Shown: positions 1-12,097 of the stretch, piece by piece | Layout: the number at the start of each line of letters is the position of its first letter | Position numbering within the stretch: position 1 is the first letter of the stretch | Program-made: the position numbers and the translations under genes | Assembly (NCBI RefSeq): GCF_006345805.1 | Contig: NC_043000.1 | Span: 94,736,001-94,800,000 of the forward strand | Length of the DNA stretch: 64,000 nucleotides | Direction of reading: 5' to 3' | DNA from: Octopus sinensis | Lineage: Eukaryota | Notes under the pieces: generated by a model | What the model saw: only the letters and a program-made list of their open reading frames with translations | Told to the model about the DNA's origin: nothing | The model's database searches: none

Positions 1-234
1 ACTCCTGGCTGGAAAGCTGTGTCGCAGGAATGATAACGTTATACCTGCTGTTGACGACTGTTTGTTTTTACCATTAGGACGAAATCATCTTCACCAACAG
101 GATCCAAGCACTGCAACACCGATGGAAGAAGTGTGTGGACTACAAGGGAGACTATATTGAAAAATAAACCTCATTTGGTCACAATCCACGAGAATATCTT
201 TATCTGTCTATGAACTTTTCAGCTGACCCTCGTA
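1..234 (+). mobile_element. mariner transposon 3' end (transposase C-terminus plus right TIR)
   Basis: 78-167 reads DEIIFTNRIQALQHRWKKCVDYKGDYIEK*, the typical mariner C-terminus. It ends in GTCTATGAACTTTTCAGCTGACCCTCG-TA, a mariner-type TIR (reverse complement TACGAGGGTCAGCTGAAAAG). Confidence 0.85.
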
Positions 235-561
235 AACTAACGAATCTATCTTGAAAATAAATAAACATTTATTTATTTCGATTGATTGATTATAGGAAAT
301 TTTCAGCAATTCAAAATTTTTATGGTAGTTAGTTTTACTATCTTCATGTTTATGATAAAATTATTGTAGACATCAGAATATTAAATTCTTGACATTATAC
401 AACATATAAAGATATTGATGATGCACATACATGTGTGATGGTAAATATTTCATATTTCTTGTAAGCAATAAATTCGTAATTTGTCCAGCCGTGCTAGTAG
501 ATTTCACATAGGTACAGGAAGCCTACACATACATAGATACATATATGCACACACACATATT

Positions 562-595
<34 letters not shown>

Positions 596-759
596 CACTC
601 TCTCTCAATAATACATATATATATATAAAACCACTAAGACGTCTCGGAAACCAACTGAGAAAATCAGCTGTGAATGTTACTTATATCGTGTTTTTTTCTT
701 TCTCCCTTTTCTGTTTTCGCCCAAATTTTCATCTGATTTTCCTTCTCTGTCTAACATTT

Positions 760-1183
760 GAAGTGGCAGTTTGGTAAGTAGCTTGTTTACCAACCACATG
801 GTTCCGGGTTCAGTCCTACTGCGTGGCACATTGGCCAGGTGTCTTCTACTATAGCCTCGGGCTGACCACAGCCTTGTGAGTGGATTTGGTAGACGGAAAC
901 TGAAAGAAGCCCGTCGTATATATGTATATATATGCATGTGTGTGTTTGTGTTTGTCCCCCTAGCATTGCTTGACAAGCGATGCTGGTGTGTTTATGTCCC
1001 CGTTACTTAGCGGTTCGGCAAAAGAGACCAATAGAATAAGTACTGGGCTTACAAAAGAATAAGTCCCGGGGTCGAGTTGCTCGATTAAAGGCGGTGCTCC
1101 AGCATGGCCGCAGTCAAATGACTGAAACAAGTAAAAGAGTAAAAGAGTAAAAGAGTAAAAGAGTAAAGAGTAAAGAGTAAAGA
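760..1183 (+). mobile_element. tRNA-derived SINE, family A (near full length)
   Basis: A-box-like TGGCAGTTTGG and B-box-like GGTTCAGTCC head, internal TA/TG microsatellite, 3' end AAGGCGGTGCTCCAGCATGGCCGCAGTCAAATGACTGAAACAAG and a (GAGTAAA[A])n tail. Homologous segments recur at 2164, 34060, 44280, 51420, 53340, 60285, 61330 and 63185. Confidence 0.85.
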
Positions 1184-1185
1184 GT

Positions 1186-1198
1186 ATATATATATATA

Positions 1199-1273
<75 letters not shown>

Positions 1274-1329
1274 ATATATTATATATATATTTCTTAAGAG
1301 TGCATAGGCTGACAGCCAGACAGACAATC

Positions 1330-1418
<89 letters not shown>
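1186..1418. repeat. (TA)n/(TG)n/(GATA)n microsatellites
   Basis: Direct simple repeats. Confidence 0.95.
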
Positions 1419-1419
<1 letters not shown>

Positions 1420-2163
1420 ATGGATATTCCTAGTTGGCTGTTGAATAAAGCGAGCTACTGTTGAATTAAGTGCCATGCTGAGAAACTACGATGCACTTTC
1501 AGCGATTTCGAAGATAACATTTGATAAACAAGCCGATAAGTCTTCTATTCTGAAAGATCATAGCAGAACGTAGAAACTGTTACAAAATTCCCTTTACCTG
1601 CAAAAACATGGGGCTAAAATGAGTCTCTTAACACAATAATACAACTTTCACAGTACAAATTCTATATCAGATGTTGCTAATATGATAATACGGATTACAG
1701 TTCACATTTCAATAGATAATGGTAGCAATTCAATATATAGATATATGATAAACATGATATTGAGCAGAATAGCATTATGCTTCTATATTGATCTAAAACA
1801 GAGAAAATTAGGCAGTAACTCTAACACTGCTTCCATCAATCAATGCCGACGACACTTGAGAAACAGAGATATTAATGTGAAAAGCGTGTACGTTACAGCA
1901 TGAAATGTCATAACTAAAATATTATATTTGTACTGTTTCTGAACTTTTTCATGTCATATAGGATTTATTTTTCATTTGTGCGTTACTATAGGATCTGAGG
2001 ACATTTTTTGTTTGTCAAATGCTCATCGTTAATTTTCAGATATGGTTCTGAGACCATCCTTCTACGTATGGTTTGTGTTTGATATTACGTATCTCAGTCA
2101 ACCTAATGTTGTTTCTGTTATAATAGTGTTATTGATAAAGAGGTAATTACCCGTGTGTTTCGT

Positions 2164-2405
2164 GGTGGAGCACCGTCTTAAAGGAGTTTAGTCGTACAAA
2201 TTGACAAAAGTACTTATTTCTTTTTAAAGCCTAGTACTTATACTATCGGGGTTTTTTGTCGAACCCCAAACACCGGTTGTCAAGCAGTGAGTGCAGGAAG
2301 AAACGCGAATAGAAAGACATGCACACAGATATGTATGTACATACATACATACAACATACAAACATACACATATGTATGGATATATCCAACGGGCTTCTTT
2401 CCCTT
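2164..2405 (-). mobile_element. SINE family A fragment
   Basis: GGAGCACCGTCTT ... AACGGGCTTCTTTC is the reverse complement of segments of the copy at 760-1183. Confidence 0.7.
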
Positions 2406-2546
2406 TGTGTCTATTAAATCCACTCAAAAGAATTTGTTAGGCCGGGCCCAAAATAGAAGTAACTTGCACAATGTGCCACGTAGTGGGCTGAGCCTAACAC
2501 AAGGATGTTGGGAAACAAATCTTATATATATAGACTTAGATAAACT

Positions 2547-3370
2547 TAGATATGTTTCGACCAAAGATTGGTCCAGGCCATGTCTAACTTAATAGCACCA
2601 CCTGATAGGATTATTCGAATCCTGTTTAAGTCAAGGTTTGTTTATGGTCCATTCAAGTAGTGAGTTCTTGTAGTGAGTTGTATCCAATTATGGGTGGCTT
2701 ATCTGGTATTCTTTGAAGGAATCTATCCAGACTCCGTTTAAAGTTGATGGGATCCTTTCCTCTTTGATCTCTTTCGGGACAATGTTAAATAGGGCAGGGC
2801 CTGTCGAGGAAAAGAAATTATGTTGCAGTGTACATGTATGCTGTGATCTTGAATTGGGCAGGGGACATATGGCCCGTGGTCCCAGTCTTGGATGAACCTT
2901 GAAGCTAATGTTCAGGTCGTTTGGCCAAAGTTGGCGGTATATTCTCCACATCGTACAAATGATGTACCGCTCACGGAGACGCTGGAGAGAGTAACCTTTC
3001 AAGGCTTTATGGCGATCCCAATAATCGAGAGCAGCCATGCCTTCAATTCGTTTAGTGGGTGCCCTCTGGGGTGACTCAATCCTCGAGATGTTTTGCCTTG
3101 TATGGGGAGACCACAGTGGGCAGCAGTATTCGAGGTGTGGCCGTACAAAGGAGGAGAAAAGTGGTATGATGACACCTTGTTCTCTGGACCGGAAAGTTCT
3201 TAAGATCCAGGAACTCTTCCTACGAGCTATATCGACCTTCTTGTTGATGTGTGCACTCCAACTGAGATCGTCATCAACAATTACAACCAGGTCTCTGATA
3301 TTGTTAGAGGCTGTGAGCGGTTCCCCTGAAGGAATAGAGTATGGCTGTTTTAGTGAGGAATTTCTTCCAA
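2547..3370 (-). mobile_element. CR1-like LINE, 5'-truncated (RT C-terminal region plus 3' UTR)
   Basis: ORF 2688-3377: DLVVIVDDDLSWSAHI...FVRPHLEYCCPLWSPH...IESPQRAPTKRI...YSLQRLRERY, the CR1-group post-RT motifs. The 3' UTR matches 44048-44110. Confidence 0.85.
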
Positions 3371-3767
3371 AATGCATATATATATAATAGAGGGGTAAAA
3401 TAATAAGTTTTAGTAGATTAACATGTTTTAATAATTGTGATTACCAAATTTTAGTCGATTTGTATGTACCTTTTCTTGACAGGCCTTTCAATATATTTTG
3501 TATTTTATATGTTCATATATATATATATTTTTTACCTTCTGTGCTTTTATACATGTATTTGTCTTATATTTTGAAGGCCATCGTAATGTTTATATATGAT
3601 GAAATGAATGGAAGTGTGGTGCTATATAATGTCGTTGACCCGAATTTGATGTTTCTTCTCTAATCATTGTTCTTTTGTCTTTGACTTAATTTCATTTGAC
3701 CGCTTCTTTTTTGCAGTCCTATAAACCTTTTCCATAAAAGAATTTCTTACCTTATATATATATATAT

Positions 3768-3942
3768 CGTTGTGTGGACGCCCCCAGACGATGAAGTAGG
3801 CTAGCCAATACGTAGATATAGAGGGAGAAGCCTAGACGACAAGAGAACAGTTGAGTAGCAGTGAGAATAGTAGTAGACTAGAACAGAGTAGTAGAGAGTC
3901 GAGTAGCGTTGAGTAGAAGGCATCCGAACGTGCGACATAACA
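3768..3942. mobile_element. candidate solo LTR inserted in (TA)n
   Basis: A 175-bp GC-richer unit with (TA)n on both sides. It begins CGTTGTG (one change from TG...) and ends CATAACA; the termini are imperfect inverted repeats. Confidence 0.35.
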
Positions 3943-3967
3943 TATATATATATATATATATATATAA

Positions 3968-4219
3968 TTACTTGTGACTTGACACCCAAGTACTCTGAAA
4001 TGTTCGTATTGAAGCTTTCGGCGCGAATTCTAAGCAGTACAGCATGTCCTTTCCAACATTCTGACAGAGTAAATTGGATCATGGTGATGTTATTCTCACA
4101 GACGGTGCCCAACTGTCTCTCCTGTACTGTGTAGTCGACTAAATCTACACAATAGCAAATAACATGCGCATGCACGAAAGTAAAAATATAAAATGGTGAC
4201 AGTTTACCCATCCCATCCC
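3968..4219 (-). mobile_element. DD37D/maT-type transposon 5' end relic
   Basis: The reverse complement GATGGGTAAACTGTCACCATTTTATA...CAGTTGGGCACCGTCTGTGAGAATAAC aligns with 10515-10640, followed by a transposase-like N-terminus (HAVLLRIRAESFNTNISEYLGV). Confidence 0.7.
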
Positions 4220-4639
4220 GGATATATTAAATATGCATCGTATTCATTTATAGCTATAGTTTCATAGAATTAAATTCAATAATCCAGTATTATTTGTGAA
4301 ATGCATGTTTTTATTTCCCAAGTAATGTGCATAGTCTATAGACCATTATAACAACTAAAATAAATCGTACAAACTCACAAACATTCACTTAATAAATTTA
4401 CATTCAACAACTTCACATATAACCTGCATTTTTGTAAAAGTTATTATAACGATAAAAAAGTCGACTCAACCGATATGTTATTAAAGCATTCAAACAGTTG
4501 TTTAAATGTTTTAAGAAAGTAATATTTATTGTATTCCTACGCATAAAATTGGTCCCATTTTGATATTTAAAATATAGCGTTGTCATGGAGTTACTACGAT
4601 ATCAGAAAATATTGAATGTAATTGAATAATTCTTTTTAC

Positions 4640-4830
4640 TATAGGCATAAGGCCTAAAATTGTAGAGGGAGGGGGCAAGTCGGTTACACCGACCCAATTA
4701 ATCGACTGCTACTTATTTCATCGACCCACAAATGATTGAAAGCAAAGTTAACCTCGGAGTAATTTGAACCCACAACGGAACTATAAAGTAAATGCATTAA
4801 GTATTTACTCCGGCGTGGTAAGGATTCTGC
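4640..4830 (-). mobile_element. tRNA-derived SINE, family B (diverged copy)
   Basis: Contains the reverse complement of B-box GTTCAAAT plus the GTCGAT.../AGGCCT 3' body shared with 16817, 16986, 18200, 56817 and 59905. Confidence 0.7.
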
Positions 4831-4864
4831 CCTCTCACCTCCTTAATATTAATAATTATTATCT

Positions 4865-5435
4865 TTTCTACTATATACACGAGACCGGAAATTTGTGGGA
4901 GGGGCTAGTCGATTACATCGACCCCAGTGCTCAACTGATACTTTATCAACTCTGAAAGGATGAAAGCAAAGTCAACTACGGTGAAATTTGAACTCAGAAC
5001 GTAAAGACGGACGAAATACCTATTTCATTACTACTCCCAAAGTGGCTAAACACAGAGCGGACAAACAAGGACAGACAAACAGATTAAGTCGATTATATCA
5101 ACCCCAGTGCGTGACTGGTACTTATTTAATCGACCCCGAAAGGATGAAAGGCAAAGTCGACCTCGGCGGAATTTGAACTCAGAACGTAGCGGTAGACGAA
5201 ATACCTATTTCTTTACTACCCACAAGGGGCTAAACATAGAGGGAACAACCAAGGACAGACAAAGGGATTAAGTCGATTACATCAACTCCAGTACGTAACT
5301 GGTACTTACTTTATCGACCCCGAAATGATGAAAGGCAAAGTCGACCTCGCCGGAATTTGAACTCAGAACGTAGCGGCAGACGAAATACCGCTGAGCATTT
5401 TCTCTAGAGCTGCAACAATTGTGCCACCTCGCCAC
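4865..5435 (-). mobile_element. SINE family B head-to-tail trimer (~185-bp period)
   Basis: Three consecutive units each with GACCCCGAAAGGATGAAAGGCAAAGTCGACCTCGGCGGAATTTGAACTCAGAACG-like sequence. The junction GACGAAATACCTATTTC occurs at 5010 and 5195. Confidence 0.85.
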
Positions 5436-7119
5436 CTATAATAACTATTAGAACAATTATATTAGAACAATACAAGTTTGAAGATTGAGAGAGTGGGGTT
5501 GGCTCTGCAGAAACCACGCCTACTATAATAATATTAATCGTGGTGGCTGTTCAGCAAACTAAGACTGCTGAAGCAACACCGTTACATTTTCTACATAAGT
5601 TTTGTGGTGTTATGAAAAGGGTGAAGGGAACAGTTACGGGATGCTACAACAACTTTTGCCACCGGTTTTGCAAATTCTGGATAGTCCTGAATCCATATGT
5701 GAGACGTCATGACAAGCATTAAACTATTAACACTGAGCAGCTATATTTTGCTGATCCCTTATTCGTCGAAGCGACGTGAGACCCCAGCATGTATCCGAAT
5801 ATTAAGATAGTTACTATTTGCTGGCAAGATCATAGCATTTCCTTTGCAAGCTTAATATAGTACCAAGTATATTAAAGGTTTACTACTCAATATTGTGCCT
5901 TGCTTTTGTGTTAGCAGTTAAATATTCTTATTTTTAGAGTATTTCCGCAGATTTGCTATAGAGTTCACTGAACGTTACGTCAGTGCGACCGAAAGATAGA
6001 AGATAGCAGATTGAAAATGCAGTCGAATCATCCATAGCATTGTTTTACATAAACGTATTCGTATACGAAACGTCGTAACTTTTAGTGCTGGCTCTGAATT
6101 CTATAGAAAATTTGTAGAGATAAACTTAAAAATAAGATTGTCATGTATTTCAAAAAATTTTAATATTTGTGGTTTGATAATCTAGGTATTAACTATGCAA
6201 ACAGTTTTGCGGAAAAATTGGATAAATATAAATATTTTTTTCAATAATTTCTTTTACGTCGGTGTATTTTCATAAGAATGATATTTTATAATCACGATAA
6301 TAAACATCATTATATCAGAAAGGAAAATAGATAAGATTTAAAATTATACATGAGATTAGATATTTCAGTAGAGAAGAAATACAAAACATTATAAGTTAAG
6401 AAGAAACACTAGAAAAAAATAGTTTTATTGAAGACATGTTGAAATAAATTAAAGAAAGGACTAAAATGGAATCAGACATACAAAAAAGTGGAAAAGGTTT
6501 TTGAGAAATTTACTCTGCAAAGCATTCATAGATTTGAGAGCATATTTTGTTTTTGTCATGAATTCAATCAAAATTGAATAGAAGATCTGCGCGAGAGTAT
6601 TTCCAAGTTATTTACAATTTTCTTATAATAGCGTTATCATTTGTGGCTAACATTTGAGAAAAATATTTATTGGAAAGAAAACACAGCATTAATGCTTACT
6701 TCTGAAGAAGAAATCATTACACAATATCTTACATGAAGAGATATATAATAATTTGGAAATCAATAAATATATTTCTGTAGGGCTTGCAGAATGTTAGAGG
6801 AAAATATTTCGATATATGAATATTACAGATTGGTTGTATGTTAATAATAATAAAAGAAAGAAGTAGCAATTCCGAGTGAAGATGATGACAATCAAAGTGC
6901 AATACGATTTAAATTCGTTCACAAGAGACATATATTCCAGAAGCAGCTTCTTAAGAATAATCTCTGCGAATAAAATAGCAAACGTATGTTATATGCAAGC
7001 TAAATTGATATATTATTACATTACCAGCTGTCAACGTCAAATTAGACGGCATGAATGATCAAAAATGTTTAACATAATTCGATACTAGCGCATTCTTATT
7101 AAAGAAAGAATACTGATAT

Positions 7120-7262
7120 GTATGTACATGTATGTGTATATGTGTATATATATGTATATATACATATACACATATAAGTATATATATACATGTATATACA
7201 CACATATATATATATGCATATATATATATACATATATATATACATATGTATTATATATATAT

Positions 7263-7318
<56 letters not shown>

Positions 7319-7465
7319 TATATATTATATGTATATATATTATACAGATATATACATATTTGTATATATTATATATATATATATGTATATATATACACCT
7401 ATATATAGATGTATAAATATATATAAGTATATATACATACATATATATATATATGTATACATATA

Positions 7466-7505
<40 letters not shown>

Positions 7506-7699
7506 GCATCACACACACACATATATATAATATATATATATATATATAATATATGTATATAAGGCATATCGAAAGTTAAAATAAAAAAAAATAAAAGTGA
7601 TTAGGACGTACACATAGAATGTGTTAAGTTGACGCTCAGTAGAAGATGGAAAAAAGAGTGGGTGCTTATATTAATACACAAACACGCACACATATATAT

Positions 7700-7791
<92 letters not shown>

Positions 7792-7812
7792 ATATATGTA
7801 TATATTTATATA
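7120..7812. repeat. (TA)n-rich microsatellite fields
   Basis: Direct simple repeats; source of the IYIY ORFs. Confidence 0.95.
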
Positions 7813-7829
7813 TATGGGGAAAACCAAAG

Positions 7830-8870
7830 TAATGTGTACTCCCGTGTCAGGACAAACATACTCTGAATCAAGCATTTTTTGTGAATGGAACAAGGTTAGA
7901 AGTCGTTGACACCTTTGTTTACCTAGGAAGCACACTGTCAAGAGATGGTAATCTTCATGCAGAGATACACTATTGAATAGGAAAGGTAAGTGTTGCATTT
8001 GGAGAGCTCGAAAAGCGATTATGGGCGGATAGAGGTATTTCCCTGCAGACAAAAAATCAATACAAGTGTATTGTCTGCACTTCTTCATTCAAGTGAGACA
8101 TGGACCTCTTACAATCGCCACATAAAAGTACTGGAGAGATATCATCAAAAGTGCCTCAGACGTATCTTAGTAGTAGTCAAGTGGGAATGTTTCATACCAG
8201 AGAGAGAGGTTTTGCGCATGGCAGCTTGCAGCTCAATTGAACATGTTATCTTGGCTCAAATGAGATGGACTGGACATGTTATCAGAATGAAAGACGAGCG
8301 TTTGCCAAACCGAATTTTTTATGGTGAGCTCAACTCTGGTAAGCGACCACAACATGATCCAACGAAAAGTTATAAAGACTGTGTGAAAGAAAACCACCTT
8401 AAGAAACTAGATATGAACAAAAGGGATTGGGAAAATGATGTTCTGGATCGAAACAAATGGTAAGGTGCTGTTAGGAATGGTTGTAATGCCTCGAAGGAAA
8501 AGATGATTCAGCACTCTGAACTTAAAAGGACCTATCGTAAAGGAAAAATTAGAACTGTAATCAGCAGTGAACATTGCGTATGTATTTTAGGTGATCGTGT
8601 TCTGTTGTCAAAAGCAGGATACGTGAACCATAAGAAGTCACCTGCAAATCGTAAATCCCAGATAGGTAATGATCTTGGATAACAACCATCTCTTACAACC
8701 TGTGTGATATGTCAAAAAACTTGTAAGAAGACAACCTAGTTCACAAAAACATTCCTTCAGAATCAGATTCCAAAGGGCAAAGATATAGAACAAACTTGAA
8801 TAATATCTGTCACTTGTGTTTGAAACCCTGTCAGTCAGCAGCTGGTCTTAAAAGTCATCTAGATTTAGAT
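7830..8870 (+). mobile_element. RTE-clade (BovB-like) LINE, 5'-truncated and degraded
   Basis: LEVVDTFVYLGSTLSRDG...ETWTSYNRHIKVLERYHQKCLRRIL...MRWTGHVIRMKDERLPNRIFYGELNSGKRP, followed by C-terminal zinc-finger-like remnants. Confidence 0.85.
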
Positions 8871-9491
8871 AAATTTTAGATCTATAATTTATCCTTTAAT
8901 CCAACGTATCAAAATAACCAAAACCTATCAGCTAATTATAATGTTGATGTATATTAGTTTTATAAAAATCTCTGCATTCTCTATGAGTGTCATTATAACC
9001 ATTTGACATTAATCTAGTTTTCCTAATGCTAAATCTGTTTACCAAATAGTAGTAAATGGCATTGTAATGTGACAACCCTTTTCTATCTACCTAAATTTCT
9101 TTATATGGAACTTTGACATCTATTTCACCCCCATTTCTATAAATAGAAAATCTTTCTTGTCTCCTTTCATTTGTCCATTCTTTTCAGAACCTTCTAGCAG
9201 TTCATAGCAACTGAATATTATTCAGTCAGTTGATAAACTCCACTACCTTAAATGTTCTTAAAATTTAAATCCACATCTTTGTCTATATATCTACCTTCTC
9301 TATAATGTTATCATTTGATATGAAAATTATGCATTAATGGAAAACCTATATTAATGGCTGATGAGTGCTCAGCATTTTAAAACTGTTTTAACACTTACAA
9401 CATTTAATAAAATGATGAAGTGCGAATCGATCGTACCAAATTACCAAAGTTATTCTTGTTGCTTATTTTGATTATATATACATATATAATA

Positions 9492-9533
<42 letters not shown>

Positions 9534-9659
9534 ACACCGTTGTGACTTCATGTACCCATATAAGCATGTATACACACACACACACACACACATATATATA
9601 TTATATATATTATATACTGTATATTATTTACTATTTGTAATTTAATTCAACGCCACGTA

Positions 9660-10310
9660 TCCATTTCCAACTTTATCTTCACCTTTTTGGTGCGACTCTC
9701 TGCTCCATACTGTTTTCTTCCTCCATCCTTCTCTTATTCCCTTTTTCCCCCTCTCTCTTCTTCGCCGTTTTCTATCTGTCTCTCTCTCCCCTATTTCTCT
9801 TTTCTCTCACTCTCTCTCTCTCTTTCTCTCTCTCCCGTTGCTCATACGTGACTATCGTCCGTCTTTCTTTTTCCCCACCTGACCATCTTTCTTTTCCTGC
9901 ACAGACGTTCAAATGAACGGACGTGTTTTTCTATCTCTTCTATCTTTTCTCTTCTCACAAAAATGTTTCTCACAACTTTCACTATTTTCCTTTCGTTCTG
10001 TTTTAATGATTCTCCATGTTTGTTTTCGTTCGGTTTCCTTGTACATCTCTACTGTCATGTTTTTGTTCTCAGCTTTGATCCTCCATAAATCTTAAATTTT
10101 CTTTTAGAATTTATGGGAGCAACTGTCTTTGAAGTATCATATTGTTGTTGAATGCTCGAAATGAGGAGTAGATAGACAGCCCACAACTGATGAATGGTTC
10201 TTTCTCTGTGTCTACTTGTCCTGTTTGCTGTTTTTTCCTCGCTGTTTCTGTATTTAACTCATTTGTTTACCTATTTCATGTTGTTTGCATAGTTGGGGAA
10301 GTCCTTTACC
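9660..10310. repeat. CT-rich interspersed repeat, possibly a Penelope-like remnant
   Basis: Pyrimidine-rich body resembling 27380-27790. It contains decayed hammerhead-like words (GCTCGAAATG...CAACTGATGAA). Confidence 0.3.
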
Positions 10311-10319
10311 CATTTATGC

Positions 10320-10368
10320 ATATTTATATATGTATGTGCATATATATATATATATAGTATTTACTATT

Positions 10369-10417
<49 letters not shown>

Positions 10418-10433
10418 CATCTTTATATATATA

Positions 10434-10507
<74 letters not shown>
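10320..10507. repeat. (TA)n microsatellite
   Basis: Direct simple repeat abutting the transposon's TA target. Confidence 0.95.
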
Positions 10508-10513
<6 letters not shown>

Positions 10514-11652
10514 GTGATGGGTAAATTGTCGGCATTTTACATTTATAATTTCACGCATGTGCATTGTTTGCTTTTGATTTTGTCGGCTACACAGTATAGT
10601 AGGGTCAGTTGGGTACCGTCTGTGAGAAAAACAGTACCATGACGCAATTCATTCATCAAGAAATTGAGAAACTGTTTGGGGACAATGCAGAAGATTCGAA
10701 AAGATTTGGATGAGTGATTACGAAGGTACGGCAGCTCGGAAAACCCAGTCACATCGTTCTAAGAAAAGAACTCTGGAATTTGTTGGTGAGATCCAGGCCA
10801 TGATTGACAACGATCTCTCCAAGTCAGTCAGATCCCACGCCAGGGACATTCGAGTGTCTGAGTTTCTTATCAGGCAGGTAGTGCATGGGGAGATTCAGTA
10901 TTCCTCATACAAGATGAGAAGGGGTTACTTTTTATCCAAAGCAAACAAAGACAAGAGGAAAGACCACACTCCACGAAGCTTCTGGACAAACACAGAACAA
11001 CCGTTGGCTTGCCGTATCCCCAAAACATGTACTGAGAAGGATAAAAATCCAATACCCAGTCAACATCATAGTGTTCGGAGTGATCACTAGTGATGGCGAC
11101 GTTATGCCTCGATTCATCTTCCCACACGACCTCAGACTCAATACAGAGGCTTAGATCAAAAGCCTGGAGGAGGTAGTGTTGCCCTGGGTCAAGAGAGTGG
11201 CTGTTGGGAAACCTTATTCCTGTCAACAGGACTCTGCACCATGCCACACAAGCAGGAGAACCAAGTCATAGCTGTCAGACAATTTCTGCGATCACATCAC
11301 CCCTAATATCTAGCCCCCTAACTCCCCACACTGCAACACTTTTGATTATTATGTGAGGAGCGCATTTGAGTGAGAGACCAGTAAGACTCCTTGTAACACC
11401 AAAGATGAACTGAAGGCAAGAATTATGGCAGCGTTCACCAACTTAAACAAGGAGACCGTCCAGAAGAGTTGTAGGAAATTCCGAAGTCGCCTGGAAGCTA
11501 TGGTTGGAACCAATGACGATGTTATTGAATAAATTTACTCTTTAGTATTTCAAGATATGTTTATGTAATTTTGGTTAATATATCTGTTATAATGAGATGT
11601 CAGTGTTATTTTCATTTTTGCGTAATTTAGACAGTTTATTCACCGCAACCTG
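10508..11652 (+). mobile_element. DD37D (maT-type) Tc1/mariner transposon, internally deleted and inactive
   Basis: Imperfect TIRs (TAGGGTGTGATGGGTAAATTGTC vs reverse complement CAGGTTGCGGTGAATAAACTGTC) with TA flanks. The catalytic region QQD(11230)SAPCHTSRR...I*PPNSPHCNTFDYY has 37 residues between the second and third D. It carries stops and frameshifts. Confidence 0.9.
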
Positions 11653-11932
11653 TATATGTATATATATGTATGTACATGTGTGTGTGTCTGTGTGTATTTA
11701 TATGTATATTCCTCTTACAATTAAAAACCATAGTCTCTTTCTTTGAAAAAGTCTCTTGTGGAAATTATGACCGACACGAATATTTCATTGGTTCAGTTAG
11801 TTATTAGTGGTGGTCATAGGGAAGATATTGAATAATTAATAGAATCTACAATTTATTACAGCGCTGATGCTTTCTGATTCGTCGTGCTCATTAGGGAATC
11901 TCTACGTGGTTCGAACTTGGTATGTGCTATGA

Positions 11933-12097
11933 ACGAAACTCTCGAACTTTATGCGCAACTATTTAGATGCTAATTCAGAAGCGAATGATTCATTTGTGCA
12001 AACAACTGAGTCCTCATCAACGGACGACGAAGATTCGTCCCCATCAGCACAACCGGAATTATATTGCAAAATGTGTTCTTCACTTTTAAAACTGTAA
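11933..12097. other. candidate short coding exon (strand unresolved)
   Basis: GC-richer island open on both strands. Plus strand: MRNYLDANSEANDSFVQTTESSSTDDEDSSPSAQPELYCKMC...; minus strand: TTACAG|xFKSEEHILQYNSGCADGDESSSSVDEDSVVCTNESFASELASK*. No homology recognised. Confidence 0.2.

Noticed and set aside
4865-5435. Regularly spaced repeats superficially like a CRISPR array
   Set aside because: The whole ~185-bp unit repeats with no unique spacers; it is a eukaryotic SINE concatemer.
7132-7832. Many ORFs rich in [12 protein letters not shown] or poly-N/I/Y here and throughout the window
   Set aside because: They are translations of (TA)n, (GATA)n, (TG)n and (TAA)n arrays that simply lack stop codons.
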